Below are positions 32,891-33,704 of a DNA stretch of 33,704 bases, piece by piece. The DNA is taken from positions 1 to 33,704 of IMG/VR virus record IMGVR_UViG_3300025723_000117. One strand, written 5' to 3'. Origin of the DNA: a virus (Duplodnaviria > Caudoviricetes). The position numbers and the translations under genes were made by a program. The notes under the pieces are model-generated. The model was not told the origin of the DNA, ran no database searches, and was given only the letters and a program-made list of their open reading frames with translations. The number at the start of each line of letters is the position of its first letter. The stretch's first letter is position 1.

Positions 32891-33704
32891 ATGGCTATCA
32901 CTCGTCAGGCTGGGGTCGGGGTAAACCTCTGGTCCACCGTCCCGATCAACGACCCGGCACCGCCCATCGGTACGGTCAACCCGTTCCTGTCCAACACCGG
33001 CAACCAGACGCTGTCGGCTGGTGAAGCGTGGGTGCTTCCCGCTGGCCAATGGTACGTCGATCCGGGCACGGTCTCCGCGCTTCAGGTCTACGATCCGATC
33101 TTGCAGATTTGGCTGCAACTCGGCACCCCGACCAACGACTTCAAGTTCATCACGACCGATGGCGTGAACGTTCGTCTGGCCAACCAGTCCGGCTGCGCGG
33201 TCGGCGCGGTCATCACCAACGCCGGTTCCGGGTACACCTCGGCTCCGACCGTGACGGCCTCTGCTGGTTCGTCTCAGTGGCGCGCGATCATCGGTGGTTC
33301 GATCTCGACCACCGTGACCATCACCACCGCTGGTGCTGGCTACAACTACCCGCCGGAAGTGTGGATCGCTCCTCCCCCGCCGGGTGGCATCCCCGCCACC
33401 GCTATCGCGACCCTGTCGTCTGGTGTTCCGTCCATCACCGTGATCAACCAAGGCGCGGGCTACACCGCCGCTCCTGCGATCCGTCTGACCCCGGACAGCC
33501 GTGAATCTCTGGCGGCGACCCCCGGCCCGACGACCACGGCCTACGCCACGACCACGCTGACCGGCGCTGGTACGATCACGGGTCTGGTCTGCACCAACCA
33601 CGGCACCCCGGTGACGCTGGCCTACAACGGTACCTATCCCACCCTGACCATCTCTGGCGGTGGTGGTGCTTCTGGTGCCGCGACCCCGCTCTTCAACTGC
33701 TGTC
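32891..33704 (+). CDS. Virion structural protein with N.G.GYT.AP repeats (partial, runs off the window)
   Basis: TAAGGAG SD; MAITRQAGVG...; ITNAGSGYTSAP, TTAGAGYNYPP, INQGAGYTAAP; open to the window end. Confidence 0.8.
   Translation, partial: MAITRQAGVGVNLWSTVPINDPAPPIGTVNPFLSNTGNQTLSAGEAWVLPAGQWYVDPGTVSALQVYDPILQIWLQLGTPTNDFKFITTDGVNVRLANQSGCAVGAVITNAGSGYTSAPTVTASAGSSQWRAIIGGSISTTVTITTAGAGYNYPPEVWIAPPPPGGIPATAIATLSSGVPSITVINQGAGYTAAPAIRLTPDSRESLAATPGPTTTAYATTTLTGAGTITGLVCTNHGTPVTLAYNGTYPTLTISGGGGASGAATPLFNCC

Overview
GC-rich tailed-phage (Caudoviricetes) genome segment. The host is probably an alphaproteobacterium (Caulobacter-like; inference). No integrase or classical repressor is visible. 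From left to right: end of a lysis/structural block; a 693-aa multidomain protein and tRNA-Lys(CTT); a leftward replication block (split Twinkle/T7-like primase-helicase, replication-initiator-like protein, RusA, Cro-like HTH); a rightward recombination block (RecE-like exonuclease, Bet/RecT, small ORFs, HNH); a leftward putative early operon (12.9-19.65 kb, including DUF3846- and DUF932-like genes); a 1.5-kb non-coding control region; then late genes (OmpR/CtrA-like wHTH, Tad2/DUF2829-like protein, terminase large subunit, portal, HNH, scaffold, major capsid, virion protein). The most striking feature is four complete type II hammerhead ribozymes on the sense strand, one in each of the first four intergenic gaps of the early operon, downstream of a ~550-nt highly structured leader. 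This suggests a self-processing polycistronic mRNA. Also notable are a tandem array of four tiny Gly/Arg/Lys-rich (protamine-like) peptide genes plus an 11-aa basic peptide gene in the head module, all missed by the ORF track. Protein family calls come from motif recognition by eye, not from database searches.
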